From: Armatimonadota bacterium
GTDB lineage: Bacteria > Armatimonadota > SYMT01
DNA: 64,000 nucleotides
Assembly (NCBI GenBank): GCA_041690135.1
Contig: JAWLHY010000002.1
Coordinates: forward strand, 1,072,342-1,136,341
Reading direction: 5' to 3'
The translations under genes and the position numbers were made by a program. Of the stretch, positions 1 to 9,801 are shown piece by piece. Under the pieces are notes generated by a model, which was not told the DNA's origin, searched no databases, and worked only from the letters and a program-made list of their open reading frames with translations. How positions within the stretch are numbered: position 1 is the stretch's first letter; the number at the start of each line of letters is the position of its first letter.

Positions 1-5
1 GGGTC

Positions 6-1256
6 CTACATTCCGGTGCTGAGCTCCAGGACGGGGATCAGCATGGATAGCACGATGGTGCCGATGATGGCGCCCATGAAGACGATGACCAGCGGCTCGA
101 TCAGGGAGACGAGCTGGCGCATCCGGTTCGAAATCTCCGCGTCATAGGCGTCGGCGATGCGGTTGAGCATTTCGTCGAGGGTGCCGGTCTCCTCGCCCAC
201 GGCGACCATGTTCGTCACCAGGCCGGGGAAGACGCCGCTGCGCTTGAGCGGCTCGGCCAGGCTCTCCCCTTCGCGGACCGCGGCCCGGACCTGGTCGATG
301 GCCTGCCGGAGGACCCGGTTCCCCACGGCGCGTTCCGCGACCTCGAAGCTGGTCAGGATCGGCACCCCGCCCTGGACGAGTGTGGCCATGGTGCGACAGA
401 AGCGGGCCACGGCCTCCTTGTGGATGATGTTGCCGATCAGCCACGTGCGCATCCGCATCCGGTCCATGGCCAGCCCGCCCTGTTCCGTGCGCTCCCAGGC
501 GCGAATGCCCAGGTAAGCGGCCACAAGACCGATCAACAGCAGCCAGCCATGCTCCGTCAGGAAGCCCTGGAGGCTCAGCAGCGCCCGGGTGGGGGCGGGG
601 AGGGGCCGGTTCAGGCTGTTGAAGATCTTGGAGAACCGGGGCACCAGGAAGATGAGGATGAAAATCACCGCGCCGGTCCCGGCCGACAGCAGCAGGATTG
701 GATAGGAGAGTGCGGACCGGATCCGCGACCGGTACTCTTCCTGAGTCTCCAGTGAATCGGCGAGCCGGTCGAGGACTTTCCCCAACTGACCGGAAGCTTC
801 TCCCGCCTGCACCAGGCTGACGTACAGCTCGCTGAAAATCCGCGGGTGCTCTTTCATCGCCTCCCAGAGGGCGGTGCCGCCCTGGACCGCCTGCCGGATC
901 TGTTCCAGCGTGGCCTTGAGGGTGGGGTTTTCGCTGTGCTCGATGAGGGTGTCGAGACACCGTGCCATGTTGAGCCCGGCGCTGAACAGGGAGGAGAGCT
1001 GCCGCGTGAACACGGCCAGCTCGGAGCCGGCCACGCGCCGGGGGAACAGGCTGAACCCGACCGAAGGCGCCTTGGCGGCGGAGGCCGCCGCGGTACCGGC
1101 CACTGCGGCACCCCCGCCTGCGGCCATATCCAGGCCCATGGGATACATGTTCATCCCTTTGAGCCGGGCAAGCGCGGCGGAGCGGTCCTCGGCCTGGAGG
1201 GCTCCGGTGACCTCGCGTCCATTCTGATCCAGGGCTGTGTAGCGGAACTCGGCCAT
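6..1256 (-). CDS. Type II secretion/type IV pilus inner-membrane platform protein (GspF/PilC family)
   Basis: Two T2SSF-like halves (FTRQLSSLFSAG...AGEASGQL...ALSYP; VGEETGTL...LIEP) with TM helices; directly downstream of a GspE/PilB ATPase. Confidence 0.93.
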   Translation of the reverse strand: MAEFRYTALDQNGREVTGALQAEDRSAALARLKGMNMYPMGLDMAAGGGAAVAGTAAASAAKAPSVGFSLFPRRVAGSELAVFTRQLSSLFSAGLNMARCLDTLIEHSENPTLKATLEQIRQAVQGGTALWEAMKEHPRIFSELYVSLVQAGEASGQLGKVLDRLADSLETQEEYRSRIRSALSYPILLLSAGTGAVIFILIFLVPRFSKIFNSLNRPLPAPTRALLSLQGFLTEHGWLLLIGLVAAYLGIRAWERTEQGGLAMDRMRMRTWLIGNIIHKEAVARFCRTMATLVQGGVPILTSFEVAERAVGNRVLRQAIDQVRAAVREGESLAEPLKRSGVFPGLVTNMVAVGEETGTLDEMLNRIADAYDAEISNRMRQLVSLIEPLVIVFMGAIIGTIVLSMLIPVLELSTGM

Positions 1257-1318
1257 CTTGATGACTTAGAAGAAAAAAACGTTAAGAGGTTATGAAGGTG
1301 CGGGGGAGTTGCCGGAGG

Positions 1319-2983
1319 CTACGCCGGTTCATCCTCCATAGTTACGCGTACCACCTCTTCAATCGTCGTCTGCCCGAGCAGGACCTTTCTCCAGCCGTCC
1401 TGGCGCAGCGTCAACATGCCGCGGGCAATGGCCGCGTTCTTGATCTGGCTGGCCGAGCGGCGCTCCAGGATCATCTGCCGGATTTCGTCCGTGATGGCGA
1501 GGATTTCGAAGATTCCCAGGCGGCCGGAGTAGCCGGTGAACCGGCAGGCGCTGCAGCCGACCCCGCGCATTTGTTTGGCGGGCGGATCGTAGCCCAGCTC
1601 CTTCCGCATGATCAGCATCATCTCGGCCGGCGCTTCCTGCTCTTCTTTGCATTCCTGGCAAACGCGCCGGGCGAGCCGCTGGGCCATCACGCACTCGATG
1701 GAGCTGGCCCCGAGGAACGGTTCGAGTCCCATGTCGAGCATCCGGGAGACCGCCCCGGCCGCATCGTTGGTGTGGAGAGTGGAGAGCAGCAGGTGGCCGG
1801 TAAGGGCGGCGTGGACGGCGACTTCCAGCGTCTCGTGGTCGCGGATTTCACCGACCATGATGATGTCCGGGTCCTGGCGGACGATGGAGCGGAGGCCACG
1901 GGCGAACGTGAGTCCGATCCGCTCGCGGACCTGCATTTGGTTGACGCCGCTCATCTGGTATTCCACCGGATCCTCGATGGTGATGATCTTCTTCTCGGGC
2001 GAGAAGATCCGCCGCAGCGCGGCGTAGAGCGTGGTCGTCTTGCCGGAGCCGGTGGGCCCGGTCACCAGGATCATCCCGTGGGGGCGCCGGATGGCGTGGG
2101 TGAAAGTGGCCAGCTGGTCGTCGGTAAAGCCGATTTCGTCGATGTTGACCTGGATGGAGCTCTGGTCCAGGAGGCGCATCACGACCGCTTCCCCGTGGAG
2201 GGTGGGCAGGATGGAAACGCGGACGTCGACTTCCTTGCCGAGGAGGTGGGTTTTGATGCGGCCGTCCTGGGGCAGCCGGCGCTCGGCAATGTCGAGGTCC
2301 GCGAGGATCTTGATGCGGGAGACGATGGCGGGAATCAGGCGCTGCGGGGGCTGCGGCTGTTCGTGGAGCACGCCGTCGATGCGGTATCGCACCTGGCAGC
2401 GGTCTTCGAACGCCTCGATGTGGATGTCGCTGGCCCGGCTGCGGACGGCTTCCCGGAAGATGTTGTTCACCAGGCGCACCACGAGCGCTTCCCGCGCCAG
2501 CCGCTGGAGCTCCGCGACGTTGTCGCCTTCCTCCTCCACGACCTCGATCGCTTCTTCCTCAATGGAAGAATAGGCGTCCGTCAGCAGGCGCTGGACGGTG
2601 TCCTTGTCTGCGAACACCGGAAGAATCTGGAGCCCGGTGGCCAGTCGGAGATCGTCCAGGGCCGTCAGGTTGGCCGGGTCGGCCAGGGCGACCTGCAGGT
2701 GGCCGTTTTCCCGCCGGATGGGGACGGCGTTGTGCTTGAAGGCGACCGTCGAGCTCAGGAGCGCCAGGGCTTCCGGATCGGGTCGGGTCGATTCATCGAG
2801 AATGGCCAGCCCCAGGCTCTCCGCCATGGCGCGGCGGATATCCGGCTCCGTGCAATAACCCAGGCGCAGCAGCATCTCCGCGAGGGGACGGCCGGAGCGT
2901 TCCTGCTCCTGTTCGGCGCGCGCGAGCCGCTCGGGAGAGAGTTTGCCGGAACGGACGAGTACCTGGGCGATTGTTTCGGCCAT
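1319..2983 (-). CDS. GspE/PilB family assembly ATPase
   Basis: ASDIHIE, RRLPQDGRI, Walker A GPTGSGKTT, RQDPDIIMVGEIRD, TGHLLLSTLHTN, CxxC...CxxC; start placed at MAETIAQ (2983). Confidence 0.95.
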   Translation of the reverse strand: MAETIAQVLVRSGKLSPERLARAEQEQERSGRPLAEMLLRLGYCTEPDIRRAMAESLGLAILDESTRPDPEALALLSSTVAFKHNAVPIRRENGHLQVALADPANLTALDDLRLATGLQILPVFADKDTVQRLLTDAYSSIEEEAIEVVEEEGDNVAELQRLAREALVVRLVNNIFREAVRSRASDIHIEAFEDRCQVRYRIDGVLHEQPQPPQRLIPAIVSRIKILADLDIAERRLPQDGRIKTHLLGKEVDVRVSILPTLHGEAVVMRLLDQSSIQVNIDEIGFTDDQLATFTHAIRRPHGMILVTGPTGSGKTTTLYAALRRIFSPEKKIITIEDPVEYQMSGVNQMQVRERIGLTFARGLRSIVRQDPDIIMVGEIRDHETLEVAVHAALTGHLLLSTLHTNDAAGAVSRMLDMGLEPFLGASSIECVMAQRLARRVCQECKEEQEAPAEMMLIMRKELGYDPPAKQMRGVGCSACRFTGYSGRLGIFEILAITDEIRQMILERRSASQIKNAAIARGMLTLRQDGWRKVLLGQTTIEEVVRVTMEDEPA

Positions 2984-3113
2984 GGATGGAAGATACCTGT
3001 TTCGGTCGGACGGTGGGCTTGGGGATTCCGATGCAGGTCGCCGGTGCGTTCTGCCGGAGCCCCGGACGCCGTTTGCCGTCAGGCGGGTCACGTAGTGCTA
3101 AGTATGTCGTGCG

Positions 3114-3145
3114 AAGGACCGGTTCCAGTTTCGGAACCGGTCCTT
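3114..3145. terminator. Perfect 13-bp stem hairpin (terminator-like)
   Basis: AAGGACCGGTTCC-agtttc-GGAACCGGTCCTT between the 3' end of 3201..3968 and the gspE-like gene; the T-rich tail is on the + strand, so direction is uncertain. Confidence 0.5.
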
Positions 3146-3200
3146 GTTAGTTTGTTGCCGGCGCTAGCCCGGCAATGTTGGCGGGTTGTTGGGGCGGCGT

Positions 3201-3968
3201 CTACGTGTTGTTGCCGCCGCGCTGTCCCCGACCCCGCCCTTCGCGACCGCCGAACCCGCCGCGCCGCTCGGGGAAGGTGAAGGGGGCGCCCTTCATGGCT
3301 TCGAACTGCTGCTTCTGCGGCGCGGTGAGGATGGCCAGGATCTTGGCGTCGTTCTGGGCGCGCATCTGGTCCATCTTGGTGCGCAGTTCCGCGAACTGCT
3401 CGCGGCTGGGTCGCTGGCCGTTGGCGCCCGGCTGGAAAAGGGTGCGCATCGCCTCGCCCATCTGCTGCTGGGCCGCGGCGATCTTCTGGCGCTGATCGGC
3501 GCTGAGCTTCAACTGGTCCTGAACTTCCGTGCGAGAAAGGGCCTGGATGCCCGCGCGCTGGATCCCGAGCTGCTTGAGGCGCGCCATCTGCTTGGCATCG
3601 AGCACCTCGGCGACCTTCTTCTCCTGGTCTTGCTGGAGCTTCTCCATCTGCGGCCGGAGCTGCGTGAAGCGCTCGCGACGCTGCTCGGGGGTGAGATCGC
3701 CGCCGCTCTGGAACATGGCACGGCGCTTATCATCCATCTCCTTATTGAGCTGGTCGAGCAGTTCTACCTGCGTCTGGTCCAGCTTCAGCTCCTTCTGCAC
3801 CTCGGGGATGCGGAGGAGGCCCGTGGCGCCGCCATCGAAGCCGCCCCGGAAGCCAAAGCCGCCGAAGCCGCGGCCACCGCCCGGTCGACCCTGGCCCTGG
3901 CCCTGGGCGAAGGCCGGCGCCGCCAGCGTGAGGGCCAGCCCTACAGCCAACAGATTCGCCATCTTCAT
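3201..3968 (-). CDS. Secreted helical protein, Spy/CpxP-like (LTxxQ repeats)
   Basis: Signal peptide (AFA-Q), Gly/Arg-rich ends, repeated LTPEQ/LDAKQ/LSADQ/LTAPQ motifs. Confidence 0.75.
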   Translation of the reverse strand: MKMANLLAVGLALTLAAPAFAQGQGQGRPGGGRGFGGFGFRGGFDGGATGLLRIPEVQKELKLDQTQVELLDQLNKEMDDKRRAMFQSGGDLTPEQRRERFTQLRPQMEKLQQDQEKKVAEVLDAKQMARLKQLGIQRAGIQALSRTEVQDQLKLSADQRQKIAAAQQQMGEAMRTLFQPGANGQRPSREQFAELRTKMDQMRAQNDAKILAILTAPQKQQFEAMKGAPFTFPERRGGFGGREGRGRGQRGGNNT

Positions 3969-4018
3969 CGTCGGTTCTCCTGAAAGCCGGCGGGTTTGGC
4001 GCCGGTAACACTCTCGAC

Positions 4019-4047
4019 TTTACGTCAGTGGGAGTAGAAAGAATTCC
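4019..4047 (-). promoter_or_regulatory. Candidate ECF-sigma promoter
   Basis: Minus strand GGAATT-N17-CGTAAA about 50 nt upstream of the Spy-like gene. Confidence 0.35.
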
Positions 4048-4128
4048 TGTGCGTGGTGGGTCGGCAGTTGAGCCTTCCGAACGTCTTAGACGCGCTCCCG
4101 ACTCGTGGGTTCATTAGAAGTTACACGT

Positions 4129-4905
4129 TTACGGTCGCGCCTGGAGTGCCTGCGCGCGCAGCGTCTTGCCGTCCCGGATGAAAGCGATGGTGACGCGGTC
4201 GCCGACGACCAGGTCCGTGATCTCCGCGAACTCACCATTGCGGCGCAGTGTGGTGGTGTCATCCAGGACAAACGTCCGGGGGACGCGCCCGCCGATGCTG
4301 ACGGTTCCGGCGACGGTATCGAGCGCCGTGATTCGGGCTCCCGTGCGGAGGCCCTGGCCGGCCACGCTCAACGCCAGCAGGTTGGTGCCGGGCTCGTAGA
4401 CCACGGTAGCCCGTTTGCCCACCAGCACCGTCTCGTCATCGAGCAGGATCCCTTCCAGGCTCACGCGGGTCCGGGCGTCCAGGGTGAAGGTCAGCGTGAC
4501 CCCCCGGCCGATCCGCAGGTCGATCTGATTGGCGCGGACGGCGGTGATCACTCCAGACCGTCGCGCCTCACGCGTGGCAAAGACCTCATACACTACGGCC
4601 GTATCGAAGCGGTACCGGATGGTAACGCGGTCGCCCGGCAGCAGCGCCGTGGGCTGGACCGCCCGGTTGTTCAGCACGAAGAGGGTTTCCGGCACCACGA
4701 GCAGGGTCCGCAGCCCGAGCCGGGTGTTGACCGACACCACCCCGGCATCGTCGTCATAGCCGAGGAAGGTCCCCGTCGTCTCGGTGAGGTGCAGCGCCGC
4801 CTGGACCGGCGGGACGGCGGAAGGATGGAGAGCCGGAACGGAAATAAAGGTGAAGAGTAGAAGGGACGGCAGTAGCCGGCCGAGCAGGGTTCGTCTCGAA
4901 TGCAT
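4129..4905 (-). CDS. Secreted hypothetical protein with three tandem beta-rich (DUF5666/OB-like) repeats
   Basis: Signal-like N-terminus MHSRRTLL...; three ~75-aa units ending LLPGDRVTIRY / LVGKRATVVY / LVVGDRVTIAF. Confidence 0.65.
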   Translation of the reverse strand: MHSRRTLLGRLLPSLLLFTFISVPALHPSAVPPVQAALHLTETTGTFLGYDDDAGVVSVNTRLGLRTLLVVPETLFVLNNRAVQPTALLPGDRVTIRYRFDTAVVYEVFATREARRSGVITAVRANQIDLRIGRGVTLTFTLDARTRVSLEGILLDDETVLVGKRATVVYEPGTNLLALSVAGQGLRTGARITALDTVAGTVSIGGRVPRTFVLDDTTTLRRNGEFAEITDLVVGDRVTIAFIRDGKTLRAQALQARP

Positions 4906-5057
4906 GCGCGATACTCGGGTTCGGGGAACTGGGGGAGCGAGGGGGCCTGGGGGCCAACGACGCACCGGGCGTGCGTGCTCCCTAACCGTAGACGCAATCT
5001 GGCCGGCGGGGTTCCGTTGCGATTTGCCGCGGAGAGAGGCGAGGCTGGGCGCTACTC

Positions 5058-5498
5058 TTCGACACAGAGGGACACGGAAGGGGACAGGAAGCGACACAGA
5101 CCTGGGGAAAGGATTTGACACGGATGACACGGATGGAACGGATCGGCGCGGGAGGCCTCATGCGTCGGCTACCCACGAAGTGGGTGATGGAAGAGGCGAC
5201 AGAGCGAACCACCCGCTGCGGGAAGAACGGAACCGCCCAGCAGCGAGAGCAACTTCTCCGGGAGCGCGGGCACTCGGGACGGGTGTCGGGCGCATTCTCT
5301 CCGGTTGGCTGGATCTGAGGGTGAAGAGGTACCCTATGGCGACCGTTCACCAGGGATTGCGCCGACGAGGATGCAGGACGGCGCTCCGGGCCGAGATATC
5401 TCTCGGACACCGGACAGTACACAGGGGCGTGTTGGCGCCCGCGTGGACGGAACTCTGTGTGCCCTCTGGTTTCCCTCTCGTGTCCCTCTGGGTCGAAA
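5058..5498. repeat. Imperfect inverted repeat pair bracketing ~350 bp of non-coding DNA
   Basis: TTCGACACAGAGGGACACG... at 5058 versus ...CGTGTCCCTCTGGGTCGAA ending at 5498. Confidence 0.55.
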
Positions 5499-5824
5499 AC
5501 TGCTCCCGCTTAGCAAGACCTGAGGTGGCAGCGGGGTAGGATGACAGGAGCGCGAGTACGCGTTTGCGTGGGGGTCATCTGGCGCAATCCAGGGCAAGCA
5601 CAGCGGCTGCCCCTACATTTGGGTGTGCCAGTTTTGTGCAGCAAGCGACCGTGGCTTTTGTGTATTGTGTGCATTGGGGTGCGGGAGGTGATTTCCGTTA
5701 CCCAGGCGGGATTGCCTTGGGTGTACGGTGCGACCCGTTGGAAGTGGATCGTCTTGGGGGGCGAGGGGAGACGAACCTGTTGTAGGCAGGCGCCTCCCCT
5801 CAGTCAGGGTGTTCCGGAGTGGCC

Positions 5825-8533
5825 TCAGTCGAGGAACTTCGGCACGTCGATCCAGCGGATGAACGGCAGGTCCAGGAGCTTCTCCAGGCGTTCCACGGGG
5901 ACGGTCCCGAGGACGACGCGGCCGGGGATCAGCTCACTGGCGGAGGTGAAGCCCAGCGCCTTCAGTTTGCGGAGCGCGTCCTGGGGCGGATCCACCAGCC
6001 AGAGTTGCAGGGTGACTCGACCCTTGCGGACTTCCGGCAGGCCCGGCTTATCGAGCGTGCCGTTCTTCCCCTCCGCCTGGAGCTGGCGGGAGAGGTCGTG
6101 AAGAACCGGGGCGAGACGTTCCTGCTTAGGAGCCGCGGGCACGTCATTGTTACGGGAGCTCTGCCCCTTCGCCTGGCCCTCCCGTTCGGCGAGCTTGTTG
6201 ACCGCAGGGCGGTCGGACGCCGGGCGGGAGGTAGCGGGGGTTTCTATCCGCGGCAGGCTTTGCTTCTCCGCCGGCGCCGCCGTGGGTCCGGGTGCCGCAC
6301 CCCGCGGAACGGGCGAAAACACCTGGGCCGGCGCCGGGAGCTTCTTTGTCGCGGAGAGGGCGCCACCCGCTGAATACTGGTAGAACCGGCTGGCACGGCC
6401 GAAAGCGGTTCCGCCGGCCGCGCCCAGAAGGCGCATTCCACGGGTCCGCGCGCCGCTTTCATCCTCGGCCCCAAAGATGCCGTCGTAAGAGACGCCCACG
6501 GGCATTTCCACGGGCACGTCCACGCGCCGCTGGCGGCCGCCGACGTTCACCACCCGCTCTTCTACCGCCACGAAGGAGGTGTGTTGACTCATCAGGCGGA
6601 AGTCCAGCGCCAGGCCGACAATGGCGTCCTGGATCTTGGGGTCGGGGTTGCCGGTCTGCTCTCCCAGCCAGTCCTGGGCCTGGAGATCCTCAATCTTCTC
6701 CCGCGCCCAGAGGACAGGTAGCGCCTCGCCATCGCCGGCCGCGGCCGGCAGCGCGACGCGCACGCGCTCGCTCCAGGGTTTTCCGCGCAGAAGGCCGCGC
6801 ACGGTGATCTCCCCCCGGCCGGGTGTGGTGTAGCGGCCTTTGAGGATGATGGGACCGGCGGAGAAGACGTCCGGGATCTGCCGGGGGAACACCTCGTCGA
6901 TGGGCATCCCGTTCCAGTCTACCGCGACGTCCAGCAGCAGCGGCTTGGCGACCCTCGCATGGAACTTCGACGCGGCCTCTACGCCCGGCGTGTTCAGGGT
7001 GACGTAGTAGGGGACCCCTCGGCCCTCCGCGGCCATCCGGTCGATGAGGAACCGGTTGACCGAGTTGCCGATCCCGAAGGGGAACATCCGCGCGCGACCC
7101 CGGTTCTTCCGGATGTAGTCGATGATCTGCATGTCGTTGCCGACGTAGCCATCGGTCATGTAGCAGATGATGCGCGGCCGGGCGGGATCGTCGGGAAGCT
7201 TGAGCGCGTAGTCCACCGACTTCAGAATGTCCGTGCCGCCCCGGCCTTCGATCGGTTCCAGGAAGCGGAGCGCCTGCTGGATGTTCGACTCGGTGACGGG
7301 AACGGGCTGGCCGAAGCAGGGGAACACCTGGGTGTTGAAGCCGATGAGCTGGAAGGTGTCGCCGGGGTTCAGGTTCTCGATGCAGTACCGCATCGTCTCC
7401 TTGGACTTCTGGATTGGCCAGCCGGACTGGGAGCCGGTCTGGTCGATCACGAACACCATCTCCTTGGGCGCGACCTCCGCTGGGGCCGGCGCGGACGGCG
7501 GCTGCAGGATCAGCGTGAAGTACCCGCCCTTGCCCTCTGCCTGGGCAAGGACGCCGGTCTGGATCCGGTCGCCGTCTACCCGGTACTTCAGGATGAAGTC
7601 CTGGTTCGGGAGGGTCTTCTGCTCCCGGAGCTTCACCACCAGGTGCTCCGGCGCTCGCTTATCGACCGTGATCTCGTGGAGCTGTGACCGGATTTCCCGG
7701 ACCGGGAACCCCGCCTTGAGCTCGACCTGAAGGGAGAGATCGTGCCCGGCGCGCGTGGCCGGAGGGGTGATCGGGGGCGTGATCTTGTCCGCGTCGGTTA
7801 CCACGGAGACGGCGCCGGGTTGCGGATCGACCCGGGCGGAGGGGCTGGGGTCGCCCCGGCGACCGGGCGCGGAGTAGCCTCCATCCGGCGTGTACCGCGG
7901 CCCCACCACCATCGGGAAGCTGAACTCGTATTCGCCGGCGTCGTACTTCAGCAAGTTCACGTAGCTGATGGCGATGCGGATCTTCTGGCCCGGCATCAGG
8001 TTCGCCACCGACTGGGTGAAGATATTCGGCCGCTCCTGATCCAGCAGCGCCGCGGACTGGCCCGCCGCCTTTGCGGCCTCGTAAATCTTCCGCGCCTCGT
8101 CCCGCTGCTTGATCCGGCCGCGGATGACGCGGTCCCCGATCTTCATCGTCATGTCATCCACTGCTGCATCGTCCGGCAGCGGGAAGGTGTAGACGGCTTC
8201 GACCGGCCCCTTTGCGGTGTTCTCGAACTGCTGCTCGACTTCCACCCGCGCCACGAAGCCGGAGATCTGCGCCTTCACTGCCGTGTGCTTGAGCGGGCAT
8301 TCCCCGGCGGGGCGTCCCTCCCGGTCGACCAGCGCCAGTTGCCCGGCGGGAGACGGCGGGGGCGGTTTGATCGTGAGCCCCTGCGTCTCGTCCGGGTTTC
8401 CGGCGGGTGCGGCGGGCGGGGTGGAAAGGGGCTTTGCCGGTACCGGAGCCTGAACGGCGCTCCGGCCGGCGGAACAGACGCCTGCCAGCAGCAGGCCCGC
8501 GAAGGTCGCGGTGAGTGGAGAAATCCGGCGCAT
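5825..8533 (-). CDS. VIT and von Willebrand A domain protein (exported)
   Basis: Signal-like N-terminus; VIT motifs (EAVYTFPLPDDAAV, ALLDQERPNIF); vWA MIDAS-like DQTGSQ, GGT, MTDG. Confidence 0.9.
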   Translation of the reverse strand: MRRISPLTATFAGLLLAGVCSAGRSAVQAPVPAKPLSTPPAAPAGNPDETQGLTIKPPPPSPAGQLALVDREGRPAGECPLKHTAVKAQISGFVARVEVEQQFENTAKGPVEAVYTFPLPDDAAVDDMTMKIGDRVIRGRIKQRDEARKIYEAAKAAGQSAALLDQERPNIFTQSVANLMPGQKIRIAISYVNLLKYDAGEYEFSFPMVVGPRYTPDGGYSAPGRRGDPSPSARVDPQPGAVSVVTDADKITPPITPPATRAGHDLSLQVELKAGFPVREIRSQLHEITVDKRAPEHLVVKLREQKTLPNQDFILKYRVDGDRIQTGVLAQAEGKGGYFTLILQPPSAPAPAEVAPKEMVFVIDQTGSQSGWPIQKSKETMRYCIENLNPGDTFQLIGFNTQVFPCFGQPVPVTESNIQQALRFLEPIEGRGGTDILKSVDYALKLPDDPARPRIICYMTDGYVGNDMQIIDYIRKNRGRARMFPFGIGNSVNRFLIDRMAAEGRGVPYYVTLNTPGVEAASKFHARVAKPLLLDVAVDWNGMPIDEVFPRQIPDVFSAGPIILKGRYTTPGRGEITVRGLLRGKPWSERVRVALPAAAGDGEALPVLWAREKIEDLQAQDWLGEQTGNPDPKIQDAIVGLALDFRLMSQHTSFVAVEERVVNVGGRQRRVDVPVEMPVGVSYDGIFGAEDESGARTRGMRLLGAAGGTAFGRASRFYQYSAGGALSATKKLPAPAQVFSPVPRGAAPGPTAAPAEKQSLPRIETPATSRPASDRPAVNKLAEREGQAKGQSSRNNDVPAAPKQERLAPVLHDLSRQLQAEGKNGTLDKPGLPEVRKGRVTLQLWLVDPPQDALRKLKALGFTSASELIPGRVVLGTVPVERLEKLLDLPFIRWIDVPKFLD

Positions 8534-8578
8534 CAGTTCCCTCCCGGTAGAAGTCTCGGGAAAACGGTCGTTCGGCCG

Positions 8579-8607
8579 TTAGATGCGCCCGGAAAAGAGA
8601 GGGTTAC
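8579..8607 (-). promoter_or_regulatory. Candidate ECF-sigma promoter
   Basis: Minus strand GTAACC-N16-CATCTAA about 45 nt upstream of the VIT-vWA start. Confidence 0.45.
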
Positions 8608-8923
8608 GCTGCCGGGCGTACACCCATTCCCTCTCTTCAGGCTGGCCCGCCGGGGGCGGGAGAGCCGGCTCATGGGGTTCGGACACTCCGGTCCACTCCT
8701 ACTTCTTCCGTGCTACAAGACGCGTCCGGGGATGAGTTCGCTACCGCGAGCAAAAGGAGTCGCGAGTCCGGGAATGCTTCCAGCGGGAGCGGGGTGGGAG
8801 TGCTGCCGAGCACACAAAGGCGCGCTGTCCGCTCTCGCTTGCGATCCGTTCGTTTGGTATCGGCCGCTTGTGGGAAAGAGAAAGGAACTCCTGGCTCGGG
8901 TTTGCTGTACTTTTTGACCTACT

Positions 8924-9550
8924 ATGGAGTGGACCTACTGCCTGAACTGCGGTGCCCAGCAATTGCCGGGATGCGATGCGTGCCCGGCCTGCGCGCCTCC
9001 GCAGGACGATGTTGTGTCTTCCGTAAGCGCCGCGGACGAGGTGACCCACCAGCCGTTGTCGGTCGTAATCCGTTCGATCTGGCTGGCGCAGGTGAGCGCG
9101 GCCCTGGGTGGATTGTTGTTTGCCCTAGGAATCGGCTACTGTATCGGCTACGCTTCCCGTGTGTGGGATCGGAAGGCGCCGCCACCGGTTGCCTCGTTAT
9201 CTCCCCCGCAGGCCGTGGAACCGGTGGCTTTTGCCTCGTCCGCACTCCCTCCCGCGCCTCTTGCAGCACGGGAACCCCTCCTGATGACGGCCGGGACGGC
9301 CTGGAACACCGCGACTGCTACCGCCGGTCTGATGGGGCCTCCCGCACCGGATCGGAAGGAAGAACGCGTGAGCGAGTTCTGGACCGCCCCACTACCGCGT
9401 ACGCCCGTGCATCGGAAACACGGACTGCCGGAGGTGTTGGCGCCTCGCCTCCAGCTCTACGGGCGCCAGTTTCCCGATCCTCCGAGCGTGTGGGTGTACC
9501 TTCCGCTGGAGACTCCGCCGGAGTGGCAGGGCAGCGGCATCGTTCCCTGA
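8924..9550 (+). CDS. Hypothetical membrane protein with N-terminal Cys cluster
   Basis: ATG start, CxxC...CxxCxxC, one TM helix, Pro-rich tail. Confidence 0.5.
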   Translation: MEWTYCLNCGAQQLPGCDACPACAPPQDDVVSSVSAADEVTHQPLSVVIRSIWLAQVSAALGGLLFALGIGYCIGYASRVWDRKAPPPVASLSPPQAVEPVAFASSALPPAPLAAREPLLMTAGTAWNTATATAGLMGPPAPDRKEERVSEFWTAPLPRTPVHRKHGLPEVLAPRLQLYGRQFPDPPSVWVYLPLETPPEWQGSGIVP

Positions 9551-9579
9551 TCCACCGGTTGGCGACCCTGGCGCGAGCC

Positions 9580-9607
9580 GTTCACGAACCTTTAACCCGC
9601 TGTTAAC
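9580..9607 (+). promoter_or_regulatory. Three 11-bp-period direct repeats (OmpR/PhoB-type box)
   Basis: GTTCAC at 9580, TTTAAC at 9591, GTTAAC at 9602. Confidence 0.5.
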
Positions 9608-9801
9608 ACAAACGCCGCTCTGGCTGGTTAACCTTCCCAGGTGTAATGAGCGGTTTACAGAAGTGGCCGGTGGGTAAAGAGTTGGATTGGCCTTTTGCAA
9701 TCCGGGCAATCTAAGTACCGGGTGGGGCCCAGGCAGATACCCGCTCGGCAGGTTTGCCGCCTGCCACCACTTCCCACGCAATTTTTGGAGGTTACGAAAC
9801 C

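Noticed and set aside
1292-3280. Long antisense ORFs (this one, also 46012..48045, 28476..30098, 23372..24850, 34001..35251)
   Set aside because: Shadow frames opposite well-supported genes in high-GC DNA; no recognisable motifs.
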